Origin: Candidatus Zhuqueibacterota bacterium
GTDB taxonomy: Bacteria > Zhuqueibacterota > Zhuqueibacteria > Residuimicrobiales > Krinioviventaceae
DNA: 64,000 nt
Assembly (NCBI GenBank): GCA_034505495.1
Contig: JAPDQV010000003.1
Location: 44,240 to 108,239, forward strand
Direction of reading: 5' to 3'
In this document: one piece after another, positions 38,703-48,306 of the stretch
How positions within the stretch are numbered: position 1 is the first letter of the stretch
Layout: every line of letters begins with the position of its first letter
Notes under the pieces: model-generated
Database searches by the model: none
The model's input: the letters and a program-made list of their open reading frames with translations, nothing else
What the model was told of the DNA's origin: nothing
Translations under genes and position numbers: made by a program

Positions 38703-39646
38703 TTCCGTTTTAAACGCGGGAAGGCGGCAGTGTTGGTCACGCGACTGAAAAGAAAACCGCCCGTCAAGAGCAAAACGCCCAAACTCATGGTCAAATAAGG
38801 TGAGACGCCTTCGGCAGAATGCCCCTCTTTTTTAAACAACACTGATAACGTTTGACCGGCGGCAAACTCTTCGCCGTGCCTGCGGCGATACCTTTTCCCG
38901 CGAATCACGAAATCACCCAAGTCCTGCAGCGAAGAAGAAAGACTCCATTGCTCGGAATGAATGAAAAGATCGAGATTGCGCGTCGGTACCGGAAACTGCA
39001 AAGACAAATGGATTTCATTGCGTGTAACGGCTATGGTGTAACTGAAAGACAGAGTTCGATTCCCCGGCGGCAAGACTCCGCGAACGGAAAGCGAATCGCC
39101 TTCGATCGCTAAATCGAAATCGCGCGTGAGTGGGGAGAAATCTGAAAGACCGGACGGCAGGGCAATGCGCAGGAGCGGTTCGTCGGCTTTGGAGACGATC
39201 GTCAACTTGCCGCCGTTCTGCAGCACGCGCATCTCACGGAAGTGAAGACGGTCTTGAGCCTCTTCAACAATCAGGTGATGCATTGGGACTGATAGGGATG
39301 TCCGTTCAGTGGTTGTATCGAAAATCACAAGGGTGATTAGACGCGGAGCTTGGGCAAAGTTCAATTTATCAGAATAATACCTTATCCCGGAATAGACTGA
39401 GGAAAAATAGCAGTCTGAACCGCTGTCTGCCGATGTAAGGCTGAATGAAGCGCAGCCGTCGGTTCCGGCATTTTTTTGATCGATGAGAACAGGCTCTTGA
39501 GAGGACGTCATAAAGCATAAAAGTTCCACCCGCGCACCGGCGACTCTCAGACTGTCGCGGGAGCCGTTGACGACGCACACTTTAAAGTCCGAAGCTGCAG
39601 AAAGTGAAACGCCAACAAGCCAAAAGAGGATAAAGCGATTCATCAT
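38699..39646 (-). CDS. hypothetical secreted protein with C-terminal TM anchor, translationally coupled to ccmA
   Basis: Signal peptide and C-terminal hydrophobic helix plus basic tail. ATGA overlap with the ccmA start. Confidence 0.55.
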   Translation of the reverse strand: MMNRFILFWLVGVSLSAASDFKVCVVNGSRDSLRVAGARVELLCFMTSSQEPVLIDQKNAGTDGCASFSLTSADSGSDCYFSSVYSGIRYYSDKLNFAQAPRLITLVIFDTTTERTSLSVPMHHLIVEEAQDRLHFREMRVLQNGGKLTIVSKADEPLLRIALPSGLSDFSPLTRDFDLAIEGDSLSVRGVLPPGNRTLSFSYTIAVTRNEIHLSLQFPVPTRNLDLFIHSEQWSLSSSLQDLGDFVIRGKRYRRRHGEEFAAGQTLSVLFKKEGHSAEGVSPYLTMSLGVLLLTGGFLFSRVTNTAAFPRLKRK

Positions 39647-39811
39647 TTTCCGTTCTTTTTATCGATACAATATATTCATTCCCCTTTAGATACTCAACAA
39701 GATATTTCGAAATCAATAAAGCCTGGGTTCTAAATGACGGTCGAACCACTGCTTTTTAGGTTAGCTTTTGAATTATTAAAAAGCTTGCATCTTTCCTAGA
39801 GCTTTAGTTAA

Positions 39812-41851
39812 TTGAATAGGCGGAAAATTATTAAGGCTTTGAAAATGAACATCCTCATTGCCCATCCCAAACAGGCTTTTATTGATGCGGCCTCCGAGAG
39901 TTTCGGCTTACGGCGTGCCGGCCATCAGATTGCTTCGGCGCATTCTCTTGCCGATTTGGTCGACAAGATCGCCCAGAACAGTTATCATCTGCTGCTCATC
40001 GACGGCGAATTGATCGATAACGGTGCGGCTGCTTTTTTCGGCGTGCTTTCTGCGCTTAAGGATGAAGCCGACGTCATCGTTACGGTCGATGAGAAACATG
40101 CAGCATTACAGCAGGAACTGAAAGAATTGGGAGGATTGCAGATCGTCGTCAAAACCGACGGTTATTTGACGGCACTGAACCGCGCCATCCGCCGCATTCT
40201 TGAGAAGGCAGCTCAAGCGGCTGTAAACTCAACTCTCCAGTCTGAACCGGCGGGAACCCAATCTGCCTCCGAAGAGCGTTCATTTGTTTGCGATCGGCGC
40301 GGCCGGTTTCTATCCGTTGCCGAGGGCATTGAAAGGCTGACCGGCTATGCGGCGGAGGAACTTGCTCATCTCTCATTGACGGATCTCATGCCCGCCGGCC
40401 AGGAGGCGTCTTTTTATCGTCGTCTTTTCGATGAGACGGGAGGCGCAGGCGAGCGCACTTTGACGATCGATTTGCGGGACAAGTTCGGCAAAGTTCACTC
40501 GGTCGAACTCATCGTCAGGCTGATCAGCGTCGAGGGTCGTCCTGATCAGTTCATCGGCTTTAGGGGTACTATGCGGGAGGTCGAACCTTCTGTGGTTTCC
40601 AGAGAGCCTGCCCGTATCGATCAAATGGAAATGATCGCTCAATTCATTGAATTGGTCCACGACGGCTATTCTCAGCCGCTCAGTCTCTTTTTGCGGCGTA
40701 TTGTGGAGGTCACCTGTCAGCTGTTTCGCTTCCGCCGTTCCACTTTGGCGCTCCTCGATACACGTTCGCAGTCTTTTATCAAGCAGGCGTTGGTGGGCTA
40801 TAGTGAAGCGGAGAGACAGCAGGTTGAACAGCGGGTTCCCGAAGTGCCTCGCGACGTCATTGACCGCATTTTCGAGGGACGTTATCGGATCAAAGTCATC
40901 TATCACCAGCGGCGAGAGAGGGATACGGTCGGTGATGAGGCTGCTCTATTGCCGGACCGTCGCAGTCAGAGGCGCCCGGCCGTCAATCAATGGCATAAGC
41001 GCGACCTGGTTCTGCTCAACCTCAAAGACCACAGCGGCGTGACGTTCGGCTATATCTCTCTCGATGAACCGCAGCCGGATATGCAGCCGAATCGCAATCT
41101 TTTCTATAATCTCGAAATCTTTTCACGCCTGATCAGCATGGCCATCGAGAACTATTACCGCTTCAGCACACTGGCCAAGCGCAACCGCCGATTGCAGCAG
41201 ATTTTGGCCAACAGCAGCATCTTTAAGCTGCAGCCCAGTCTAACTGATGTCCTCAACGAGACCAGTTGGGCAGCCAAGAACACTTTGGAGTTCAATTTGA
41301 TCTGCATTGCGCTCATCAATAAAAAGTCGCAAAAGCTGGAATTAAAGTCCGTTGCCTGCGACGATGCAGTCAAACAGGCGCAGCTATTGGAGCTCGCCTA
41401 TGAAGTGCCTGCTTTCAGCCGTCTCCTTAAAGATGAGTATCAGCTCGGCAAGTCATATTACATCAAAAAGGAAGAAGCGATTCTGCGGCATTTGAAGCAG
41501 ATCTATTACGGCGCCGAGCTGAGCCTGAATCGAGCCGCCGGCTGGAACCCTTGGCAGTTTATCGTTGTTCCAATTCGTGGAAGAGAAGAAAAGATCATCG
41601 GCTTCCTTATGGCCGACGATCCGGTTTCTCATCGTGCTGTACCGGATGAGACGATTGGTCTCTTGGAGATCATTGCCGGCCAAGTAGCCGTGGCAATCGA
41701 GAATCGGATGCTTTACGTCGAAGTCAGAGATCGAAGGATTCCGATCTCGGTAAGCGATACACCGGCTATTGTGGCCGAAACTCATACAAAAGAATTTGAA
41801 GAGGAAGCGCCGAAGGGCATCAAGCGGCTGGTCGACCGATTCTTGCGATAA
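39812..41851 (+). CDS. receiver-like domain / PAS / GAF signalling protein with no output domain
   Basis: N-terminal CheY-like fold with an Asp in LLLIDGEL but lacking the acidic DD pair. Then a PAS domain and two GAF-like regions. Confidence 0.65.
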   Translation: MNRRKIIKALKMNILIAHPKQAFIDAASESFGLRRAGHQIASAHSLADLVDKIAQNSYHLLLIDGELIDNGAAAFFGVLSALKDEADVIVTVDEKHAALQQELKELGGLQIVVKTDGYLTALNRAIRRILEKAAQAAVNSTLQSEPAGTQSASEERSFVCDRRGRFLSVAEGIERLTGYAAEELAHLSLTDLMPAGQEASFYRRLFDETGGAGERTLTIDLRDKFGKVHSVELIVRLISVEGRPDQFIGFRGTMREVEPSVVSREPARIDQMEMIAQFIELVHDGYSQPLSLFLRRIVEVTCQLFRFRRSTLALLDTRSQSFIKQALVGYSEAERQQVEQRVPEVPRDVIDRIFEGRYRIKVIYHQRRERDTVGDEAALLPDRRSQRRPAVNQWHKRDLVLLNLKDHSGVTFGYISLDEPQPDMQPNRNLFYNLEIFSRLISMAIENYYRFSTLAKRNRRLQQILANSSIFKLQPSLTDVLNETSWAAKNTLEFNLICIALINKKSQKLELKSVACDDAVKQAQLLELAYEVPAFSRLLKDEYQLGKSYYIKKEEAILRHLKQIYYGAELSLNRAAGWNPWQFIVVPIRGREEKIIGFLMADDPVSHRAVPDETIGLLEIIAGQVAVAIENRMLYVEVRDRRIPISVSDTPAIVAETHTKEFEEEAPKGIKRLVDRFLR

Positions 41852-41915
41852 TGAGCAGTTGATAAAAACAGAACCGTAATTCTCGGATGGGGATTGCGGT
41901 TTTTTTTCGAAAGAT

Positions 41916-42890
41916 ATGAAGCGAAGAGATTTTCTAAAATCCTTGTCGGCAGCCGGGCTGGTCGGTTTCTCGTCGTCCGTACCGGCGGAAGCGGTCGGAG
42001 AATCGCCGCAGATGAGAGGCCGCGTGGTGATGGTTCAGCGCCCCGGCATCGTCGATGCGCAGGAGCGGGCGGATGCGGTCAAGCTTGCGAACATGCTCGA
42101 TGCCGCGGTCGAAAGGCTGTTCGAAGAAAAAGCGGACAAGATTTGGCGAACGCTTTTTTCACCGCGCGATGTGGTCGGATTAAAGGTGAACTGTCTGGCG
42201 GGACGAGGCCTTTCGACCCGAACCGAACTCACCCAGGCGGTCGTCGATCGACTGACCAAAGCCGGAGTGCCGCATGAGCAGATCATCATTTGGGACCGCC
42301 GCGACCGCGATCTCCAACGCGCCGGCTATACGCTCAATTCGGGCAAGGGTGTTCAATGCTGCGGCAATGACCGCGCCGGATTTACCGAGCACGTGTACGA
42401 GTTTGGGGCCGCCGCCAGTCAATTATCGTTGACGCTTATGCGCTGCACGGCCGTCATCAATCTGCCGATTCTCAAGGATCACGGCATCGTGGGCATGAGC
42501 GGCGCCCTAAAGAATTTTTTCGGTGCGGTTAATAATCCGAACAAATATCATATGAACTGCGGCGATCCGTTTGTTGCGGACGTGGCTTGTCTGCCGCCGA
42601 TCCGCCAAAAGGTGCGTTTGACGATTTGCGACGCCTTGACGGCGCAGTACGAAGGCGGACCGCCGTTTATGCCGGAATATACTTGGCGCCTGGAGAGCCT
42701 TTTGGTTGCCGTCGATATGGCGGCGCTCGACCGCATCGCCTGGCAAATGATCGATGAGAAGCGCCGCCAAGTCGGACTGCCGACGCTCGAAAAGGCGGGC
42801 AGAAAGCCGACCTATATTCTGACGGCAGGCGATGCGGCGCACCGCCTGGGCGAGACCGACCCGATGAAAATTGAGTGGATTCGTATTTAA
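41916..42890 (+). CDS. Tat-signal DUF362 domain protein
   Basis: Twin-arginine motif MKRRDFLKSLSAAGLVGF...AEA, then a DUF362-like core. Confidence 0.65.
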   Translation: MKRRDFLKSLSAAGLVGFSSSVPAEAVGESPQMRGRVVMVQRPGIVDAQERADAVKLANMLDAAVERLFEEKADKIWRTLFSPRDVVGLKVNCLAGRGLSTRTELTQAVVDRLTKAGVPHEQIIIWDRRDRDLQRAGYTLNSGKGVQCCGNDRAGFTEHVYEFGAAASQLSLTLMRCTAVINLPILKDHGIVGMSGALKNFFGAVNNPNKYHMNCGDPFVADVACLPPIRQKVRLTICDALTAQYEGGPPFMPEYTWRLESLLVAVDMAALDRIAWQMIDEKRRQVGLPTLEKAGRKPTYILTAGDAAHRLGETDPMKIEWIRI

Positions 42891-42893
42891 AAA

Positions 42894-43997
42894 ATGAAAA
42901 TTAGTCGCCGACAATTTCTTTTTACAGCCGCCGCTTCATTGGGCGCAGCAGGAATCGCCGCTGCGGCGGGCAAGAACGACGTCGACAAGCTGCACGAAGC
43001 GCGGTACTATAAAAAGCTGCCGCAGCGTAAAATAGAATGCGAACTCTGCCCGCGGCGATGCGTCATAGACGACATGGAGCGAGGCTACTGCGGTGTGCGC
43101 GAAAATCACGGCGGCGTCTATTACTCACTCGTCTACGGCCAAGTCTGCAGCGCCAATATCGACCCGATCGAAAAAAAGCCGCTGTTTCATTTTCTGCCTG
43201 GTGCCAAAGCCTTTTCGATTGCAACCGTCGGTTGTAACGTTATGTGCAAGTTCTGTCAGAATTGGGAAATCTCGCAGGCCAACGTCGATCAGGTCAAATC
43301 GATGGAACTTTTGCCCGCGCAGACGGCTGCGATTGCCAAGGACCGTCGCTGTGAAGTTATTGCCTACACCTATACCGAACCGGTCGTTTTCACGGAATAC
43401 ATGTATGATTGCGCCGTGGAAGGCCGAAAGGCCGGGGTGCGCAGCGTGATGATATCGAACGGCTACATAAATGCGCAGCCGATGAAGGATTTGTGCAACG
43501 TACTGGACGCCGTCAAGATTGATTTGAAGGCGTTTAACGAACGGTTTTATAGAGAGCTTGTGGCGGGCGAACTCAAGCCGGTGTTGGATACTCTCGTGCT
43601 GCTGAAAAAGCAAAAAATGTGGACCGAGATCGTTTACTTGGTGATCCCCGGACAAAATGATGATCCCGGAGAACTGCGCGAGATGTGCACCTGGATCAAG
43701 AACGACTTGGGGCCGGAGACGCCGGTACACTTTAGCCGGTTTCACCCCCAATATCGATTGACCAACATACCGGCTACGCCTTTGGAAGTATTGCGCAAAG
43801 CGCGGCGCATCGGTTTGGAGTGCGGTCTCTATTATGTCTACACCGGCAATGTGCCGGGGGATGAGGGCGAAAGCACCTATTGCCCGAACTGCGGTGCCGT
43901 AGTCATCAAGCGGTTCGGTTTTTCGGTACTGAGTCGCGCCCTCAAAGATGGAAGATGCGTTGCCTGCGGCAGGGCGATTGCAGGCGTGTGGAGCTGA
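42894..43997 (+). CDS. AmmeMemoRadiSam system radical SAM enzyme, with Tat-like N-terminus
   Basis: CNVMCKFC (CxxxCxxC) radical SAM motif. PFL-activase-like family. Adjacent to the Memo/AMMECR1 gene. N-terminus SRRQFLFTAAASLGAAGIAAAAG. Confidence 0.8.
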   Translation: MKISRRQFLFTAAASLGAAGIAAAAGKNDVDKLHEARYYKKLPQRKIECELCPRRCVIDDMERGYCGVRENHGGVYYSLVYGQVCSANIDPIEKKPLFHFLPGAKAFSIATVGCNVMCKFCQNWEISQANVDQVKSMELLPAQTAAIAKDRRCEVIAYTYTEPVVFTEYMYDCAVEGRKAGVRSVMISNGYINAQPMKDLCNVLDAVKIDLKAFNERFYRELVAGELKPVLDTLVLLKKQKMWTEIVYLVIPGQNDDPGELREMCTWIKNDLGPETPVHFSRFHPQYRLTNIPATPLEVLRKARRIGLECGLYYVYTGNVPGDEGESTYCPNCGAVVIKRFGFSVLSRALKDGRCVACGRAIAGVWS

Positions 43998-44015
43998 AGA
44001 AAATCGCTTTAGGAA

Positions 44016-45518
44016 TTGTTTATGAAGAGAGGCTGCAACTTTTTTCTTTGTATTTTCGCCATGTGGAGCGGAGCCATGTTGAACGAAAGAGCAGAAGCAC
44101 AAGTACGGCCGCCGATGGTAGCGGGTCAATTCTATCCGGCCGACGCCCAACAGCTGTCGCGAGACGTTAAGCGCTACTTGGACAAGGCGGAAGACCTTCG
44201 TCTGCCGCCGATCATTGGTCTGCTTGTTCCGCATGCGGGGTACATTTATTCCGGCGCTACGGCTGCCGCCGGTTACAAGCAGGCGGCTCGACAGAAAGTC
44301 GAGTTGGCGGTGGTCATTTCTCCCACGCATCGCGAGTATTTCGAGGGAGTGACAATCTACCCAGGAGACGCCTACGAAACCCCGTTAGGAAAAATGGCCA
44401 TTGACAAACAAACGGCGGCCAAATTGGTTGCATCGCATTCAGCCGTGCATTTCAGTGAACGGGGACATCGGGCCGAGCACGCCTTGGAAGTGCAGTTGCC
44501 GTTTCTTCAGACTCTGTTTCCGCAGGCCAAGCTTTTGCCTTTGGTCGTCGGCCCTGATTGCGACTGGAAGACCTGCGAATCCGTCGGAAGAGCCCTTGCC
44601 GACGTCGTGCGCGGCAGGCAGGCTTTGATCGTCGCCAGTTCGGATCTCTATCATGGAGAGTCTTACTCGGATTGCGTCAAAATCAGCAAGGAGACGCTGG
44701 ATGCGGTGACGCGCCTGCAGCCTGAAGCTTTGTTCCGCGGGCTGCAGCGGGATACCTATCAGGCCTGCGGCGGCCTGCCCGCGGTGATTATGGAAACGGC
44801 GGCCATGGCCTTGGGTGCCGATGAGGCAAAACTGATCGCCCAGACCAATTCGAATGATGTGACCGGAACCCGCGGCGGCTATGTCGTGGGGTACGGCGCG
44901 GTTGCGCTCTATAAAAAAGCTTCGCAAGAGAATCGATCGGATAAAGTCGAATACAAGCCGTTACCGTTGGCCGAACAGAAATATTTGCTCAAGTTGGCCC
45001 GTTGGGCGATCGCGGAAAGATTGAAAGTCAAATCCGTCGAAGCACCGGCGAAACTCGCGAGTCCAATACTGCAAGAAAAGCGCGGAGTATTTGTAACGCT
45101 CACTCAAAAAGGTCACCTGCGCGGCTGTATCGGCCGCCATGAGGCGGATGTTCCTCTGGAAGAGTTGGTGCCGCAGATGGCTCGCGCCGCCGCCTTTGAA
45201 GATCCGCGTTTTCCGCCGCTGCGTCCCGAGGAGCTGGCTATTACGGACATCAAGATTTCGGTCTATTTGACCAACGTCTACCGAATTCACGATCTGTCCG
45301 AGTTCAAAATGGGCGAGCATGGGATCATCTTGAAAAAAGGATTTCATGCCGCTACCTATTTGCCGGAAGTGCCGCTCGAAGCCGGGTGGAAGACGGTGGA
45401 GGAAGAGATGGCCAGCCTCTGTCTCAAAGCCGGCCTGCCGCCGGATGCCTGGAAGAGCGGAGCCGAATTCTGGGTTTACAAAACACAGGTGTTCGACGAG
45501 TCGATTCTAAAGAAATGA
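44016..45518 (+). CDS. Memo-like (AmmeMemoRadiSam protein B) fused to AMMECR1 (protein A), with N-terminal signal peptide
   Basis: N-terminal half is MEMO1 family (QFYPAD..., LLVPHAGYIYSG). C-terminal half is AMMECR1 (RGCIGRHEA...). Preceded by a hydrophobic signal-like segment. Confidence 0.8.
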   Translation: MFMKRGCNFFLCIFAMWSGAMLNERAEAQVRPPMVAGQFYPADAQQLSRDVKRYLDKAEDLRLPPIIGLLVPHAGYIYSGATAAAGYKQAARQKVELAVVISPTHREYFEGVTIYPGDAYETPLGKMAIDKQTAAKLVASHSAVHFSERGHRAEHALEVQLPFLQTLFPQAKLLPLVVGPDCDWKTCESVGRALADVVRGRQALIVASSDLYHGESYSDCVKISKETLDAVTRLQPEALFRGLQRDTYQACGGLPAVIMETAAMALGADEAKLIAQTNSNDVTGTRGGYVVGYGAVALYKKASQENRSDKVEYKPLPLAEQKYLLKLARWAIAERLKVKSVEAPAKLASPILQEKRGVFVTLTQKGHLRGCIGRHEADVPLEELVPQMARAAAFEDPRFPPLRPEELAITDIKISVYLTNVYRIHDLSEFKMGEHGIILKKGFHAATYLPEVPLEAGWKTVEEEMASLCLKAGLPPDAWKSGAEFWVYKTQVFDESILKK

Positions 45519-45526
45519 AAAAGAAT

Positions 45527-45562
45527 GCGGGCAAAGGCAAAAGCTTTTGCCCGTTTTTGTTT
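45527..45562 (+). terminator. rho-independent terminator
   Basis: cgggcaaa...tttgcccg stem containing an internal palindrome (gcaaaagcttttgc), followed by a T-run. Confidence 0.7.
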
Positions 45563-45584
45563 TAAGGGAATTCGGCCTCAAATC

Positions 45585-45600
45585 TGGTCTATCGGCTGCA
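45585..45600 (+). promoter_or_regulatory. possible sigma-54 (-24/-12) promoter element
   Basis: TGGtctatcggcTGCa fits GG-N10-GC spacing. Lies upstream of the PP2C operon. Confidence 0.25.
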
Positions 45601-45662
45601 AAAACGGACAAATCCTTCTCTGTTCTTATCCCCAGACAATTCCCTTGATTAAATAGGCCTCG

Positions 45663-47852
45663 TTGTGTACTTTAACGAAACAGGTCATGTTTTTTTCCGT
45701 ATTCTGGGCCGGTCATTACACAGATCGGAGCAGCTTTGAGATACAGCAGCGGATTTTCCGCATGAAATATTTCAGTCAACTTTCGTTACTTCTTCCTTTT
45801 GCGTTTTTTTGCGCCGCTGCGGCCTTGTATTTGGCAGGCGACAGAACCGTCGCTTTGACTTGGGTCGGCTTACGGCACGAGGTCTTTGTCATCACCGCAG
45901 TGATCCTCTCCCTGCCGTTGATTTACAGACAAAAATGGGCATCCGATCGGAACGTTTTGCGCGGCATTCGCCATCTCTTTTTTCTGATAGTCATGACCGG
46001 CGGCATTTTGTTCCTTTCGCGCCAAAGATTCAGCCTGCTGCAGCAAAAGATCATCAGCCAGGATTGGTTTCGGCTCAATTGGAGCGATTCCGTCTTTGTC
46101 GTTTTATGGGCATTTTTTTCATTGATTTTTATTTTAATAGCCCTCGGCACCCTCCGCAACCTGATTTACGTTAAAAGGCGGCGAAACACCGCCCGCCATT
46201 TTGCCTGGCTGATGGTTTTGATGTTGCTTTATGCCTTTCTCGGATTGTATAAAAGCAGAACGCAAACCGAATTCGTCGAGAACGAGTTTCTCAAATACTT
46301 TGACAATATCGTTCTTTTTCTGCTCATCAACTTTATCGTCATCAATTCCTTTCGGGTCGGCTGGATCAATTATCTGAATAAAAAGCAAAAACTGGCCTGC
46401 TTTTTCGGCGGTTTTTTACTCATTCCTTTGCAGATCTCCTTCGTCAACCAATTTAAAGAGGTCAGCCCGGTTTACAACTTTAGCCCGTTTCTTGAGCGGT
46501 TTGTGGAAATGGGGATGATCTTTATTGCGGTTTATCTGAGTTTTGCCTTTCTGGCGCTTCTTGCGCACCTGCCGACCGCCAGGCTGTACGACCGAAAGCT
46601 GCAGCAGATCCGTTCTCTGCATGACCTAAGTCGAGTATTGAGCTCAGAGTTTGATTGGGACCGATTGGTGCAGACGATCGTTCGGCTGGCCGCTCAAGTG
46701 ACCGAGGCACAGTATAGCTGGCTCGAGCTGTACGTTAACGGCCGTTTGGCTCTGGCCTCGTCTTGGAATTTGAGTCTGAATGAAGAACGCCGCCGGCAGG
46801 CAGATGAGCAGGATCGTCTGTACGAAGCGCTGCGCAGTGAGCGGGAGTCCCTATTGCTCAACGAAGCCGGCAAAGATCCGCTCCTTCGCACGTTGCGCCG
46901 CTGGAAAAGCGGTCTCGGCTCTCTGGTGGCCGCGCCGTTGATCACCTCGGATCAGGTTTTGGGTTACCTCTTTGCCGCAAAACAGGAGGAATTTTCCTTC
47001 GAGCAGGACGATGCGGAGATGATGCGCGCCTTTGCAGACCAAGCGGCGGCGGCGATCATGAACGCCAAACTGGTCGAACAGTCGCTGGTAAAGGAAAGGC
47101 TCGAACAAGAGCTGCGCATTGCTCATGAGGCGCAGATGAAGCTGCTGCCTAAAACTATGCCTGTTCTAAACGGCATGGCATTTGATGCAGTCTGCATTAC
47201 AGCCAACGAAGTGGGCGGCGATTACTATGATTTTTTCGACATCGGCGAGGAATTAACGGCGGTAGTGGTCGGCGATGTTTCCGGCAAGGGCCCTTCAGCA
47301 GCTTTTTACATGGCCGAGGTGAAGGGGATTATGGAGGCGCTGGCGGCTGAACGGCTTTCTCCCGAAGAGATGCTGGCCATCGTTAATGAAACGGTTTATC
47401 GCAACTTTGACCGCAACACCTTTATCAGCCTGATCTACGGGTTGGTGGATGCCCGACGCCGCCGCTTTACCTTTTGCCGCGCCGGACATTGCCCGGTCTA
47501 CCATTATCGCGCTGCGGAGGCGGCGGTTCGTCGCTTGGAACCGCGCGGCATAGGTCTCGGCCTTACCTCCAGCCCTCTGTTTCAGAACACCCTGGAAACG
47601 ATGATCGTGGATATTCTGCCGCAGGATTGTTTTCTCCTCTTCACCGACGGCGTCATCGAAGCGAGAAATCCTGCCGGTGAAGAGTTCGGCGAAGAGCGGC
47701 TGGCTGAAGCCTTTCAAGAGGCTAATGAAACCCATGCAAACGAAATCAAGAAGCATCTTCTTCATCGCATTTATGCATTCTTTGACGGCGCCGCGGCGTT
47801 TGATGATCTGACATTCGTGCTCTTCAAGGCGGTTGCCGAGACCGAAAGCTAA
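45663..47852 (+). CDS. membrane sensor (~8 TM) GAF / PP2C (SpoIIE-type) serine phosphatase
   Basis: Long hydrophobic N-terminus, GAF region and C-terminal PP2C (GDVSGKGPSAAFYMAEVKG...). The true start may lie downstream (e.g. MKYFSQ). Confidence 0.75.
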   Translation: MCTLTKQVMFFSVFWAGHYTDRSSFEIQQRIFRMKYFSQLSLLLPFAFFCAAAALYLAGDRTVALTWVGLRHEVFVITAVILSLPLIYRQKWASDRNVLRGIRHLFFLIVMTGGILFLSRQRFSLLQQKIISQDWFRLNWSDSVFVVLWAFFSLIFILIALGTLRNLIYVKRRRNTARHFAWLMVLMLLYAFLGLYKSRTQTEFVENEFLKYFDNIVLFLLINFIVINSFRVGWINYLNKKQKLACFFGGFLLIPLQISFVNQFKEVSPVYNFSPFLERFVEMGMIFIAVYLSFAFLALLAHLPTARLYDRKLQQIRSLHDLSRVLSSEFDWDRLVQTIVRLAAQVTEAQYSWLELYVNGRLALASSWNLSLNEERRRQADEQDRLYEALRSERESLLLNEAGKDPLLRTLRRWKSGLGSLVAAPLITSDQVLGYLFAAKQEEFSFEQDDAEMMRAFADQAAAAIMNAKLVEQSLVKERLEQELRIAHEAQMKLLPKTMPVLNGMAFDAVCITANEVGGDYYDFFDIGEELTAVVVGDVSGKGPSAAFYMAEVKGIMEALAAERLSPEEMLAIVNETVYRNFDRNTFISLIYGLVDARRRRFTFCRAGHCPVYHYRAAEAAVRRLEPRGIGLGLTSSPLFQNTLETMIVDILPQDCFLLFTDGVIEARNPAGEEFGEERLAEAFQEANETHANEIKKHLLHRIYAFFDGAAAFDDLTFVLFKAVAETES

Positions 47853-47878
47853 ATGCTGCAGTCATTCGGAGGAAAACA

Positions 47879-48262
47879 ATGGAGACCTTTACAATTCAAC
47901 GACAAGACAAAGACGAATTATCTATTCTCAATCTTTCCGGTTTTTTGGACGCGCATACGGCTCCGGAACTGGAAAAGCAGCTCGATCAGCTCATCAATGA
48001 AGGCCGCAGCAAGATCATCGTAAATTTCGCGAATCTCAATTACATCAGCAGCGCCGGCCTCGGCGTATTCATGGGCAAAATCGAAACGGTCCGCAGTATG
48101 AACGGCGACATCAAGATGTGCAGAATGACGCCAAAAATTTTCCGAGTCTTTGATCTACTCGGATTCCCGACATTATACGACATTGTCCAGGAAGAGGAAG
48201 AGGCGGTGCAGCTTTTCGCGTCGAAAGAGCGCAGTTCGCGGAGAGCCGATGATAGAGCTTGA
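47879..48262 (+). CDS. STAS domain anti-sigma factor antagonist (SpoIIAA/RsbV-like)
   Basis: 127 aa STAS fold with a phosphorylatable Ser in the NYISSAGLG context. Confidence 0.85.
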   Translation: METFTIQRQDKDELSILNLSGFLDAHTAPELEKQLDQLINEGRSKIIVNFANLNYISSAGLGVFMGKIETVRSMNGDIKMCRMTPKIFRVFDLLGFPTLYDIVQEEEEAVQLFASKERSSRRADDRA

Positions 48263-48306
48263 GATCGCAGGCTTTTGCGGCCAATACCTACTGAGGAACG
48301 GATGTT

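Noticed and set aside
41852-41915. Possible terminator after the REC-PAS-GAF gene (T8 run at ~41903)
   Set aside because: The T-run is present but the preceding sequence forms only a weak, imperfect stem, so it was not called as a feature.
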